Shown piece after piece: positions 51,178-62,884 of a stretch of 64,000 bases of DNA. The notes below the pieces were generated by a model. The model did no database searches. It worked only from the letters and a program-made list of their open reading frames with translations, and had not been told where the DNA came from. This DNA is from Bacilli bacterium. GTDB taxonomy: Bacteria > Bacillota > Bacilli > JACDOE01. The stretch is from the NCBI GenBank assembly GCA_041686735.1, contig JAWLDF010000002.1:642-64641 (forward strand). The letters run 5' to 3'. A program made the translations under genes and the position numbers. The stretch's first letter is position 1, and the number at the start of each line of letters is the position of its first letter.

Positions 51178-51462
51178 TTAACTATCCTGTTTTTGCACTT
51201 CGTGCAAGGGGCGACTCGACACCACTCTCGCTGCATTCACAATCTCCTTGACAACATCGGTATAAAATTGTTCTTTTAAAAATTGTATCCTCGTATAGAC
51301 ATTTCCCCTGTGATTCACAACGTAGCGTGGTGGAAGCGCATTCAAAGTCAGAGCAAAAACATCCAGCTTACATATTTCACAGGAACAGGACATATTCAGA
51401 TCTTCCCAGTTTCGTTCGATAACATCTCGTACAAAGTTTTCCATCATATTTACAGCTTTCAT
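51178..51462 (-). CDS. ComFB-family protein (late competence ComFB-like; family reported as cyclic-dinucleotide receptors)
   Basis: GAGGGAGG RBS 7 nt before MKAVNMMENF... (95 aa). The four-Cys ComFB motif is present in DLNMSCSCEICKLDVFALTLNALPPRYVV. Confidence 0.65.
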   Translation of the reverse strand: MKAVNMMENFVRDVIERNWEDLNMSCSCEICKLDVFALTLNALPPRYVVNHRGNVYTRIQFLKEQFYTDVVKEIVNAARVVSSRPLHEVQKQDS

Positions 51463-51598
51463 TCCCTTGCCTCCCTCACCCATTTGACGAAAACCTGCTT
51501 TTTTTAACCATATCATATATTTCCTACAGATAGAATCCCTTTCTGTATCCCGTGAAATATGATAAACTCCATTTGCTGAATGAATAAAATATGCTACC

Positions 51599-54259
<2,661 letters not shown>

Positions 54260-54300
54260 CTATAATCATATCAAAACTTCACAATAACCCGGGCTTCAAC

Positions 54301-55017
54301 TTACTTCGGCTCAACCGGCGATTTGCGGCGGATCATATGACGCTGCGGTCTCAGGGTGATTTCAGACATCACGGTTCCTTCGCGCTGACTCAATACACTT
54401 TCTATGGCTGAAGCGACACATTCCGGGGTAATATAGCTTTCTTCCACATCCCCCTCACGAAAATCGAGCCGATCATAAAAAGGTGTCTGAACAATATCGG
54501 GGTGAATGGTGACAACCTTCACTCCGTTTTTTCTGACCTCATCAAACAGACTGGTGCCGAAGTGGGATAAACCCGCTTTGGTCGCAGCATAGGCACAGCC
54601 GTGGGTACTGGATTTTTTCGCCGTTATCGAAGAAATATTGATGACATACCCCTTTGTTTTTCTTAGTTCCCTCAACAGAAGCCCCGTGAGAATCAGCGGT
54701 GCCTGTAAATTGGTGGCAACCATGGTTTCGATCTCCCCGGGTTTCAACGTTTCATGGGGTCCGAAATAACCCACACCGGCGTTATTGATCAGGATGTGGA
54801 TTTCCTTTTCGTTCCCTTTGATCTGCCGGATGGTTTGTGTTAATTGATGGGTATCGGTCACATCACAGGTAACGGCGATAAACTCCGGATGCTGCCATGT
54901 TGTTTTGGAAAAATCGCGTGCCAATCCGTAAACACGATAACCCTTTTCCGTCGTCAGTTTGCGCACAATTTCCAGTCCGATGCCGGAAGATGCTCCGGTC
55001 ACGATAGCGGTTTTCAT
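54301..55017 (-). CDS. Short-chain dehydrogenase/reductase (SDR) family oxidoreductase
   Basis: AAGGAGGG RBS before MKTAIVTGASSGIGLE. YxxxK catalytic motif (YAATKAGL). Confidence 0.8.
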   Translation of the reverse strand: MKTAIVTGASSGIGLEIVRKLTTEKGYRVYGLARDFSKTTWQHPEFIAVTCDVTDTHQLTQTIRQIKGNEKEIHILINNAGVGYFGPHETLKPGEIETMVATNLQAPLILTGLLLRELRKTKGYVINISSITAKKSSTHGCAYAATKAGLSHFGTSLFDEVRKNGVKVVTIHPDIVQTPFYDRLDFREGDVEESYITPECVASAIESVLSQREGTVMSEITLRPQRHMIRRKSPVEPK

Positions 55018-55051
55018 CCGTACCACCCTCCTTGTCGTCGTTTAAATCGCT

Positions 55052-56035
55052 TTACAGAAAAATCTTTTCTTCTGGAACGTACCGGCGGATTTTTTGCAAA
55101 ACATCATCTATCATTTCCCGCGTTATTTGCTCGGGATAAGAATAAACACCGTCACTGCACGTAAAGTTTTCATAAACCAGGGGCGAATCGGTGCGAACCC
55201 GGCGGATATTTTTCAAATAGTCCTTCGACATGCGGAAGACCCCGAGACTCACATCTTCAACCTGCTTCGGCGGAATGACGGAAAACGTCTCCTCAACCCA
55301 CTCACCATAGATTGTGCTCCAATCTTTAACATGCAGCACAGGGTCAAAGGATAAGCGAACCTTCCATCCGTCATCGATTGCCTGTTTGATTGATTGAAGA
55401 CGGGAGCGGGGTGACGGGGCAATCGGTTCAAATACTTTGGCCACCTGCGGCGGTGACAGTGTCCAGGCGAGTACCACCCGATCGACCGGATCCATATCCC
55501 GAATCGCTCCGTAATTGACGCTTTTGGTACGAAGCTCAACCATGAGGTCCGGCTGTTTTCGCACAAATTCAATCCACATCCGGCTCATTCCGGCGATGTT
55601 TTCGAAGGCAAGCAAATCGGTATCGTAGGAAATGGCCAGATATACCGGATGTTGCGCAAGCAGAGCATCAACTTCGGCAAAAAAATCGTCCATGTTGACA
55701 AACATCACGATGTTGGCGGAGGGAAACATGCCCTGCAGATAACAGTAATGACAGTCATACACACAATTTAGGATGGTCGAAGTATAATAAAAATGTTCGT
55801 GACCGAAATCCTGACTGACATCCGCACCCGGATAAACCAGTTGACCGGTTTTTGCGGCGAGAATCAGTTTCTGCGACTGTTTTTGCAGGGAAAATTCCTG
55901 GCGGGACCGGTTAAACACGTCTTTGTAATGATCGATCTCCACCGGCACCGCTCCCGGAAAACGTTGCATGATTCTTTGTGCCACGGGATGATCGCGCACC
56001 TGTTTTTCAAGATAAACATGGGAAAAATCAGGCAT
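55052..56035 (-). CDS. Spore photoproduct lyase-family radical SAM protein (SplB-like)
   Basis: CVYDCHYCYLQGMF radical SAM CxxxCxxC cluster in an SPL-like context. N-terminal F..VY.E..., YKDVFNRS and KLILAAKTG blocks resemble the SPL family. The probable start MPDFSHVYLE overlaps the upstream gene's stop by 8 nt. Confidence 0.55.
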   Translation of the reverse strand: MPDFSHVYLEKQVRDHPVAQRIMQRFPGAVPVEIDHYKDVFNRSRQEFSLQKQSQKLILAAKTGQLVYPGADVSQDFGHEHFYYTSTILNCVYDCHYCYLQGMFPSANIVMFVNMDDFFAEVDALLAQHPVYLAISYDTDLLAFENIAGMSRMWIEFVRKQPDLMVELRTKSVNYGAIRDMDPVDRVVLAWTLSPPQVAKVFEPIAPSPRSRLQSIKQAIDDGWKVRLSFDPVLHVKDWSTIYGEWVEETFSVIPPKQVEDVSLGVFRMSKDYLKNIRRVRTDSPLVYENFTCSDGVYSYPEQITREMIDDVLQKIRRYVPEEKIFL

Positions 56036-56879
56036 CAAAATATGTTTGTCTGAGTTCTTCAAGACGCTTCTTTCCTTCCTGTTTCGATTCGATTTCGATC
56101 TGAAGATACGGCTGCAATACATCAACAAGATTTAGCGGGTGACTTAAACGAAACTTTCGAGCCATCTGAAAAAACTGGTGTTCCAGGGTTTTACTTAAAC
56201 GCAATCGCCGTGAGACCTGATGAAGCAATTCATGTTCCTCATCCGTTAAAATATCCTTTTGCTGACCGATCACTTTCTGTAAAGTACGGACATAGTCCTC
56301 AATGCCGTCCATATGTCGTTCCATCCGTTCGATGACCCGCTCAGGCGGAGGAAGACGGGGATCGAGTGCATCCGATACCACTTTGATTAACCCGATCTGA
56401 TGCGGCCCCACAAAAGATGAAACCGCCTCAAAAAAACCGGCTCCCTCCATATCGGCAAGGTTCCCCTTAATATTCGGCAACATGCCCCGGTCCACCGGAA
56501 CGGCAAAGGTTTCAAGGCAGCCTTCTGAAAAAGAGTGACGAATCACTATGTCCGGATAGAAGGTACGCCCGCTGTCATGGTGGATCACTTTATGGCATAG
56601 CACAGCCTCATTTATTGAAAAAGCGGCCGGATCAACCGTTCCACATATTCCCGCATTGATAACCACATCTGTCTTCCCCGCACGGTAGCGGGTCAACAAG
56701 TGAGAAGAAGCCGCTGCGGCAGAGATCATTCCCGGACCACTGATAATCAGTGCTGCACGCTCTCCCTCAAAGATTTGAAATTTTGTCGTTTGCTCCGCCG
56801 CTTTTTTCAGTTGAAATCGTTCAATGAAAGGGCGTGCTTCTTGATATAAAGCCGTTACGAAAAAAATCATTCCTGACAC
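56028..56879 (-). CDS. PNP/UDP phosphorylase-fold (MTA/SAH-nucleosidase-like, Pfs/MqnB-like) protein with ~90-aa helical C-terminal extension
   Basis: 283 aa. IISGPGMISAAAASSHLL...DVVINAGICGTV and ADMEGAGFFEAV...IKVVSDALD parallel the MTAN blocks LKSGIGKVAAA...DVIINTGSAGG and VEMEATAIAHV...VRAISDVAD. Confidence 0.55.
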   Translation of the reverse strand: MSGMIFFVTALYQEARPFIERFQLKKAAEQTTKFQIFEGERAALIISGPGMISAAAASSHLLTRYRAGKTDVVINAGICGTVDPAAFSINEAVLCHKVIHHDSGRTFYPDIVIRHSFSEGCLETFAVPVDRGMLPNIKGNLADMEGAGFFEAVSSFVGPHQIGLIKVVSDALDPRLPPPERVIERMERHMDGIEDYVRTLQKVIGQQKDILTDEEHELLHQVSRRLRLSKTLEHQFFQMARKFRLSHPLNLVDVLQPYLQIEIESKQEGKKRLEELRQTYFDA

Positions 56880-57006
56880 CTTCCCGACCTGGTTCTAACT
56901 GATCACAGATACCTTTTTTATTATAAAGCAAATTCCCCCTCCATTTCACCGTACGGTTAAAAATGAAGGGGGAATGAAGTGTTCAATATCGTTCCCGCTG
57001 TAATCA

Positions 57007-57147
57007 TTATTTCTCCGTCTTTCTGTTCTTACCGCTTCCCTGGCAGGACGGACAGGTTTCCGAACCTCCAAGTAACAGTTGATAATATCCGTTTCCCTGG
57101 CAGTATTCACAAACGTCCCGCTCTGTCATCACTTGAACTTTTGGCAT
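57007..57147 (-). CDS. yuiA: Small zinc-ribbon protein YuiA-like (46 aa). Not in the ORF track because it is under 60 aa.
   Basis: MPKVQVMTERDVCEYCQGNGYYQLLLGGSETCPSCQGSGKNRKTEK with two CxxC pairs. AAAGGAGGG RBS 6 nt upstream. Lies between yuiB-side genes and ndh (yumB), as yuiA does in B. subtilis. Confidence 0.55.
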   Translation of the reverse strand: MPKVQVMTERDVCEYCQGNGYYQLLLGGSETCPSCQGSGKNRKTEK

Positions 57148-57375
57148 GGTTTTCCCTCCTTTTTCCTTTTGCTCATTATCATCTCAACTCAACCCTCATC
57201 CTACTCAACTCGGCTAAAAAGTTTTAATTGTATATATTTTCAGAATAATATATCAAAATTATTTCCCTTTGAAAAGCTTTGCTTTATCTCCTTACAACGT
57301 AAAAACATTGATGTAAGCGGATACATCCCTGTTTATCTTGCTTTTTTAAATCGTAACTTTATTTTTTGCGTCATG

Positions 57376-57425
57376 GAAAAAACAGTAAAAAAAGACTCTC
57401 CTTCTTATTCGGTCGAAGGAAAGTC
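57376..57425 (-). terminator. Rho-independent terminator after ndh
   Basis: GACTCTCCTTC (57394-57404) pairs with GAAGGAAAGTC (57415-57425). On the minus strand it is followed by TTTTTTTACTGTTTTTT. Confidence 0.6.
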
Positions 57426-57446
57426 TTACTTAAGACAAGGCTGGGC

Positions 57447-58640
57447 TTATAATTTTACCTTCTTCAAAGCGAGCGAAATTCCTCCCAGGATAAAGAGGTA
57501 ACGCAGGTCACTCACTTTTTTCATCAGCGCGGCACTTCCTCCCAGTAATTTTTTGTTGCCGACCACACCGATCGCTTCACCGCGCCCGAGGGAAGCGAGT
57601 GTTCCTTTAATTTCCGGCTTAAACGGTTTTAATTCACCGCCACGGATGGAAGCCAGTAAATTATAGGCACAATTGAATCCCTGTTGTGTAGCTATCTGGG
57701 CTGTCGGAGGGTAAGGACGTCCCGCTTCATCATTGATAATCAAGGAACAGTCTCCCACTACAAAAATGTTATCGTGTCCTGGCGCGCGCAGGTATTCATC
57801 CACCTTCACCCGTCCGCGCATCACTTCAATCCCAGACTCCTCCACGATATGATTGCCCCGTACACCACCGGTCCAGATAACTGTACCCGACTTAATTTCT
57901 TCTCCGTTGGCCAAAATAACACCATTGGGATGACATTCTTTGATCGGTGTATTAATCAGGAATTCGACACCTTTTCGTTTTAACACGTCCATGGCATAAT
58001 TGACCAGTTCCGGATCGAATCCAGGAAGAGCGGTCGGAGCCGCTTCAATGTTTATAATGCGAACCTGTTTCGGGTCCACATCAAATTCACGGCATAATTC
58101 CGGAATACGATCCGCAAGTTCTCCGACAAATTCGATTCCGGTAAAACCGGCTCCACCGACAACAAAAGTGAGATACTCCGGATGACCTTCTTCATTATTG
58201 TATCTGGAAAACATGTATTCAATATGCTCGCGGATCATGCGTACGCTATCAATGGAACGGATGCTGAACGCATGTTCTTTCAATCCCTGAATTCCGAATG
58301 TTTCCGGTTCACTCCCCAGGCCGATCACCAGATAATCGAAATCCAGTTCCGTACCGTCTTCCAGCAGAACCTTTTTTTCTTCCGGCTTGATCGATTGCAC
58401 GGTTCCCTGGATAAAACCGATTTTGTCAAGATCCAGTACGTCTTTCAAGTCCACCTTTGCCCGTTCATGGTGACTGGTTCCGGCAGCCGGTTCATGAAGC
58501 CAGGTGGTCAGATAATGATAATCATATTTGTTGACCAGCGTGACCTCGGCTTCGTTGTAATTCATTTGCTTCTGAAGACGGGTGGCAGTCACCAGCCCTC
58601 CGTACCCGGCACCCAAAATGAGAATCTTTGATGTACTCAC
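57447..58640 (-). CDS. ndh: Type II NADH:quinone oxidoreductase (NDH-2; YumB-like)
   Basis: 397 aa. [11 protein letters not shown] and [16 protein letters not shown] dinucleotide folds, VVGDC motif. Confidence 0.85.
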   Translation of the reverse strand: MSTSKILILGAGYGGLVTATRLQKQMNYNEAEVTLVNKYDYHYLTTWLHEPAAGTSHHERAKVDLKDVLDLDKIGFIQGTVQSIKPEEKKVLLEDGTELDFDYLVIGLGSEPETFGIQGLKEHAFSIRSIDSVRMIREHIEYMFSRYNNEEGHPEYLTFVVGGAGFTGIEFVGELADRIPELCREFDVDPKQVRIINIEAAPTALPGFDPELVNYAMDVLKRKGVEFLINTPIKECHPNGVILANGEEIKSGTVIWTGGVRGNHIVEESGIEVMRGRVKVDEYLRAPGHDNIFVVGDCSLIINDEAGRPYPPTAQIATQQGFNCAYNLLASIRGGELKPFKPEIKGTLASLGRGEAIGVVGNKKLLGGSAALMKKVSDLRYLFILGGISLALKKVKL

Positions 58641-58924
58641 CTTATATCACCCATTTTTCAAAATTTTCGTTTTCTCAGAAACCAAAAGCATGTTACTTTT
58701 TTCACTTAGTCTTCCCGTAAAAAAGGATCCATTATGAAAAAAAATAAAAATATCATGCCTGACATGCACAATGGCCCCAAGAAAATATATAGAATGTTTT
58801 CACTATCCTTATGATAATAACCCCATGATCATTTTTCAAGTGAAAAGATGCACAAAGTTGTAAAATGGGCTCCAATGCTTTATACATGCTGAAAATTTAA
58901 TATGAGAATTTTTTCACGAAATGC

Positions 58925-58953
58925 TTTTCATCATTCAAGAGGAAAGCTATAAT
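58925..58953 (+). promoter_or_regulatory. Sigma-A-type promoter for yumC (TTTTCA-17-TATAAT)
   Basis: -35 TTTTCA (58925-58930), 17-bp spacer, perfect -10 TATAAT (58948-58953), about 40 nt upstream of the yumC start. Confidence 0.5.
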
Positions 58954-58993
58954 GGAAATAGTTTGTGTTAATCATACCGGAGGTGTAAGTAAA

Positions 58994-59986
58994 ATGAGTC
59001 TCAAACGCGATGAGAAAGTATACGATATTACGATTATCGGAGGAGGACCATCCGGTCTGTTTACTGCATTTTACGGTGGAATGCGGCAATGCTCCGTAAA
59101 AATCATTGAAAGCATGCCTCAACTTGGTGGACAATTATCCGCGTTATATCCGGAAAAATTTATATATGATGTTGCCGGATTCCCGAAGATCCGTGCTCAG
59201 GAGTTGGTGAACCGTCTTAAAGAGCAACTTGAAAAATTTAAACCGACCATCTGCACTGAGGAACAGGTTGAAAAGGTGGAAAAGAAAGAGGATATATTTG
59301 AATTGACCACCAATCAAGGTGTTCACTACTCCAAGACAATCATCATTACTGCAGGTGCCGGAGCTTTTGCGCCGCGCAAACTCGAATTGCCTAATGCGGA
59401 ATCTTTCGAAGGAAAGAATTTGCATTACTTCGTTGATGATCTGCACGCTTTTGAAGGAAAGCGAGTAGCCGTTTTCGGCGGAGGCGATTCTGCGGTTGAC
59501 TGGGCATTGATGCTCGAACCGATTGCGGAAAAAGTGTGGATCATTCATCGTCGCGATAAATTCCGCGCCCATGAACACAGTGTCGAAAACCTGATGAACT
59601 CAAAAGTGGAAGTGTTGACTCCATATGAAGCAAAAGCGATTGAAGGAACGGACAACATAGAAAAAGTTGTCATTACCAACAAAGACGGAGAAGATAAAAC
59701 CCTCGATGTCGATGCCGTCATCGTCAACTTCGGATTCGTTTCATCCCTCGGACCGATCAAAGAATGGGGACTTCAATTCGAAAAAGGGGCCATTCTCGTT
59801 AACTCGAAAATGGAGACCAATGTCCCGGGAATCTATGCTGCTGGGGACATTGCAACTTACCCCGGAAAAATCAAGCTGATTGCCGTCGGATTTGGCGAAG
59901 CACCCACTGCTGTCAACAATGCGAAATCTTACATCGATCCCGATGCAAAGATACAACCGGGACACAGCAGCAGCATGTCATTTTGA
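58994..59986 (+). CDS. yumC: Ferredoxin-NADP+ reductase, thioredoxin-reductase-like (YumC)
   Basis: GGAGGTG RBS before [23 protein letters not shown] (330 aa). TrxR-like FNR pattern without CxxC. Confidence 0.85.
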   Translation: MSLKRDEKVYDITIIGGGPSGLFTAFYGGMRQCSVKIIESMPQLGGQLSALYPEKFIYDVAGFPKIRAQELVNRLKEQLEKFKPTICTEEQVEKVEKKEDIFELTTNQGVHYSKTIIITAGAGAFAPRKLELPNAESFEGKNLHYFVDDLHAFEGKRVAVFGGGDSAVDWALMLEPIAEKVWIIHRRDKFRAHEHSVENLMNSKVEVLTPYEAKAIEGTDNIEKVVITNKDGEDKTLDVDAVIVNFGFVSSLGPIKEWGLQFEKGAILVNSKMETNVPGIYAAGDIATYPGKIKLIAVGFGEAPTAVNNAKSYIDPDAKIQPGHSSSMSF

Positions 59987-60015
59987 TGTTTCTCTGAATG
60001 GAGGTTATATGGGAA

Positions 60016-60050
60016 TTAAGACGATTTTTTCGTCTTAATCCCTTCTTTTT
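60016..60050 (+). terminator. Rho-independent terminator after yumC
   Basis: TTAAGACG-ATTTTT-CGTCTTAA hairpin followed by TCCCTTCTTTTT. Confidence 0.6.
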
Positions 60051-60106
60051 ACTGGATTTTATGAAATTAAGGCAAATAAATCGTCTTATTTCCAGCCAAA
60101 AGAAGA

Positions 60107-60136
60107 AATCGGGCGCAGGCCCGATTCTTTTTTATT
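60107..60136 (+). terminator. Second tandem terminator hairpin
   Basis: AATCGGGC-GCAG-GCCCGATT followed by CTTTTTTATT. Confidence 0.5.
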
Positions 60137-60212
60137 ACAGGGGAATAAGCACGCTCATTTCAGTAAAAATTAATACCACCACCGCAGTTAGACTATGCAG
60201 GAGGTGTCAACC

Positions 60213-60416
60213 ATGTCCAGAACGGAACAGATTCGAACCAATGTCATCTACACCGTCTTTCTGGTCGTCATTACCATAGGGATTCCCCTGTTGCTCGTAA
60301 TAGGCACCCTGGGCTCACCCTATTTTATGGAGGGATTATTCGCAGCCATTATTTCCTTTATTTTGTTGGCAAGTTACGTTGCGTACACCATCCTGCTGGG
60401 CAGACGAAACAGTTAA
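60213..60416 (+). CDS. Small 2-TM membrane protein
   Basis: GGAGGTG RBS 8 nt before MSRTEQIRTNVIYTVFLVVITIG... (67 aa). Confidence 0.5.
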   Translation: MSRTEQIRTNVIYTVFLVVITIGIPLLLVIGTLGSPYFMEGLFAAIISFILLASYVAYTILLGRRNS

Positions 60417-60427
60417 GGAGGATAGTC

Positions 60428-60718
60428 ATGTCCCGATCCGATAGCCCCGCCTATATGTGCCCTGTCTGTAACGGATTTGCTCCTTTCCGCGTGAACTGTC
60501 CGAATTGCCGCACTCTTCTCACCGACCAGGGAATCTGGCAAAATTATTTTGACGATTACAGCCCTTATCTGGATATTGAAGATATGAAGTTTGTCAATGG
60601 ATTCGATGATGCTGCCCAACATCAATGCATTCATTTTGCATCCTGTCCTCAATGCGGCGAAGCAGTCCTGGCTGCAATAAAAGAAGTTAATATGACAAAA
60701 AACCTCCTCAACAAATAG
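60428..60718 (+). CDS. Hypothetical triple-CxxC zinc-ribbon protein
   Basis: 96 aa with AAGGAGG RBS. CPVCNG...CPNCRT...CPQCGE motifs. Confidence 0.55.
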   Translation: MSRSDSPAYMCPVCNGFAPFRVNCPNCRTLLTDQGIWQNYFDDYSPYLDIEDMKFVNGFDDAAQHQCIHFASCPQCGEAVLAAIKEVNMTKNLLNK

Positions 60719-60764
60719 ATTTTGCCCGATCTACTGTCAAGGAGGCTTTTTAATCTTTTATAGC

Positions 60765-61121
60765 TTAGCACTCGCTCGGCTGTCCGCTTTCTTGTGCAGT
60801 ACGGAATGAGCTTCCGCATCCGCAGCTTGAAACCGCATTGGGATTACTGATGGCAAATCCCCCGCCCACCATGTTTTCCTTGTAATCGATTTCAGCCCCT
60901 TTGAGGTAAGGGGCACTGTTGGCGTCAACCACAACTTTTACCCCGTGTTGTTCTTCCTGATGATCATCATCTCTCAAGTCATCATCAAACCCCATTCCAT
61001 AAGAAAAACCGCTGCAACCTCCCGGATTCACTCCAATACGCAAAAATAATTTATCGTTATTTTCCTCTTCCAGCATCTCTTTAATCTTTCTGCCTGCACT
61101 TTCGGTCAGTGTGACGATCAT
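60765..61121 (-). CDS. sufA: Iron-sulfur cluster assembly A-type carrier (HesB/SufA/IscA family)
   Basis: 118 aa. C-terminal CGCGSSF motif and conserved NPGGCSGFSY. AGAAGGAGG RBS. Confidence 0.8.
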   Translation of the reverse strand: MIVTLTESAGRKIKEMLEEENNDKLFLRIGVNPGGCSGFSYGMGFDDDLRDDDHQEEQHGVKVVVDANSAPYLKGAEIDYKENMVGGGFAISNPNAVSSCGCGSSFRTAQESGQPSEC

Positions 61122-61140
61122 GAAAGTAAAACCTCCTTCT

Positions 61141-61163
61141 GGAACTATCTTTTATATAGTTCC
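61141..61163. promoter_or_regulatory. Perfect inverted repeat GGAACTAT-N7-ATAGTTCC immediately upstream of the sufA RBS
   Basis: 8-bp arms flanking TCTTTTA, directly 5' of the sufA Shine-Dalgarno on the coding strand. Candidate operator or 5'-UTR hairpin. Confidence 0.3.
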
Positions 61164-61267
61164 TTTTAATAACAAGTATACAGACAATAACGGGTTTACA
61201 CAAGTTGATAGCACGCTTTGAAGTAAAACAAAACTCCCATCATTATGCTGATCGGAGGAGATTACTC

Positions 61268-61480
61268 TTATGCGTATTGGGCCACTTTGTCGGGGACAAA
61301 AATGAATTGTGAAGACGGGGTCTTTTCTTTCGCTCTTTCCAGATGTAAAAGCAAATTATGAAGTGAGTCGATTTCCATGCTGAATTTTAGAACAATCGGA
61401 TGTTCCAGACCGTAAAGTTTTCCTGCTTGAACCATTTTCTTTCGTATTTGTTCGATTTCCTGGTGTATAACTTCCTCCAT
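61268..61480 (-). CDS. Spo0E-like sporulation regulatory phosphatase family protein
   Basis: AGGGGGAGAAAGGAA RBS before MEEVIHQEIEQIRKKMVQAGKLYGLEHPIVLKFSMEIDSLHNLLLHLE (70 aa), the Spo0E-like helical hairpin family pattern. Confidence 0.6.
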   Translation of the reverse strand: MEEVIHQEIEQIRKKMVQAGKLYGLEHPIVLKFSMEIDSLHNLLLHLERAKEKTPSSQFIFVPDKVAQYA

Positions 61481-61663
61481 TTCCTTTCTCCCCCTATATT
61501 CGATTTTGTTTGTGTTGCATCGATACTGACGGATGATGGATGGAAAAATGGTTGCGGGGATTTGACCCAATCACCATTTTATAAGATACACAATGGAAAT
61601 GCACCCGAAAACATTGTAGAATCAATAGAACCTTTGATGATTCCTGTCGATATCTTCATAACT

Positions 61664-61692
61664 TGCCCTCATCTCCTCTTTCAAACTATAAT
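61664..61692 (+). promoter_or_regulatory. Sigma-A-type promoter TTGCCC-17-TATAAT for the radical SAM gene pair
   Basis: -35 TTGCCC (61664-61669), 17-bp spacer, perfect -10 TATAAT (61687-61692), about 50 nt upstream of the ATG at 61742. Confidence 0.5.
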
Positions 61693-61741
61693 AAAGCTAT
61701 GGATTTTCGGCAAACCTCCCAACGGGAAAGGAGATATATAC

Positions 61742-62848
61742 ATGACGATTTCCATTTCAAACGATTCCCTAGCAGATATAGAGAAAAAAGTAGAAAGCGG
61801 GGAACGTTTAACTTTTGAGGACGGAATCCGTCTCATGCATTCCAACGATTTATTGACGATCGGACGCATGGCCGACCATGTACGCAGACAAAAAAACGGG
61901 GATAAGGTATTTTTCATAGTCAATACCCATCTCAATTACACCAATGTTTGCTATCTGGACTGCAAATTGTGTGCTTTCGGACTGAAACCGGATGATCCCC
62001 GCTCCTACACATTGTCGCTGGAACAAATCGAAGACAAATACAAACAGATGCGCGGAAAAGGTTTCAGCGAATTGCATATCGTCGGCGGGGTTAACCCGAA
62101 ATTGCCTTTTTCCTATTACGAAGATATGATTCGCCTGGCGAAAAAACATTTGCCCGACATTCATATCCAGGCATTCACCGCAGTAGAAATCGATTATATC
62201 GCCCGCGTGGCCAAACTGGATGTGGAAGAAGCACTAAACCGCCTGCGTGAGGCAGGACTCGGTTCTATCCTCGGAGGAGGAGCCGAGATTTTTGACCCCG
62301 AGATCAGAAAAATCATCTCAGGACACAAAACATCCGCCGACCGCTGGTTTCAAATTCACGAAATCACCCATCAAATGGGTATGAAATCAAATGCATCCAT
62401 TTTATACGGACACATTGAAAAAGCGGAGCATGTGATTGATCATTTCATTCGACTGAGGGAGTTGCAGGACAAAACAGGCGGATTCCAAGCCTTTTTCCCC
62501 TTTTCTTTTCACCCGGAAAACACACAGTTGGCGAAGGAATACGAGTTAAATCAAGAAACGACCGGAATCAGTGATTTGAAACTTCTGGCCGTAGCCCGGT
62601 TAATGCTGGATAATTTCCCGCATATCCGTGCTTTCTGGATGATGATCGGTTTAAAACTGGCTCAGGTCAGTCTGCAGTTCGGTGTGGATGATCTCGACGG
62701 AACGGTGATGGAAGAACAAATCATCCATGCAGCCGGATCACAGTCGTCACATATGACGCCAAAACAGGCATTTATCGACATGATCAAAGAAGCGGGCAGA
62801 ATTCCGGTAGAACGTGATACGCTATACAATGAAATCCGCCGGTACTGA
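61742..62848 (+). CDS. Radical SAM enzyme of the CofH/MqnC/MqnE family, paralogue 1 (aminofutalosine synthase / cyclic dehypoxanthine-futalosine synthase-like)
   Basis: AAAGGAGA RBS before MTISISND. CYLDCKLCAF CxxxCxxC cluster, LHIVGG, GGGAEIF, and C-terminal FPHIRAFWMMIG...IPVERDTLYN, characteristic of the MqnC/MqnE/CofH family. 368 aa. Confidence 0.75.
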   Translation: MTISISNDSLADIEKKVESGERLTFEDGIRLMHSNDLLTIGRMADHVRRQKNGDKVFFIVNTHLNYTNVCYLDCKLCAFGLKPDDPRSYTLSLEQIEDKYKQMRGKGFSELHIVGGVNPKLPFSYYEDMIRLAKKHLPDIHIQAFTAVEIDYIARVAKLDVEEALNRLREAGLGSILGGGAEIFDPEIRKIISGHKTSADRWFQIHEITHQMGMKSNASILYGHIEKAEHVIDHFIRLRELQDKTGGFQAFFPFSFHPENTQLAKEYELNQETTGISDLKLLAVARLMLDNFPHIRAFWMMIGLKLAQVSLQFGVDDLDGTVMEEQIIHAAGSQSSHMTPKQAFIDMIKEAGRIPVERDTLYNEIRRY

Positions 62849-62884
62849 GTTGAATTAAATGGGAGCAGGAAAGGATGATTATTA

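Noticed and set aside
56979-57227. 82-aa plus-strand ORF from the six-frame track
   Set aside because: It overlaps the better-supported minus-strand YuiA-like zinc-ribbon gene. It has no RBS and a low-complexity translation.
58734-58814. 27-codon ORF (MKKNKNIMPDMHNGPKKIYRMFSLSL) with AAAGGA RBS in the ndh/yumC intergenic region
   Set aside because: It is too short and compositionally simple to support without conservation or expression data. It may lie in a promoter or sRNA region.
58952-58993. N-terminal extension of yumC ([14 protein letters not shown]...) in the ORF track
   Set aside because: The predicted TATAAT promoter lies inside this extension. A strong GGAGGTG RBS precedes the internal Met at 58994, which matches the YumC length.
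61400-61741. 114-codon 5' extension of the first MqnC/MqnE-like gene in the ORF track
   Set aside because: The extension runs through the Spo0E-like gene region on the opposite strand and through the predicted promoter. A good RBS precedes the Met at 61742.
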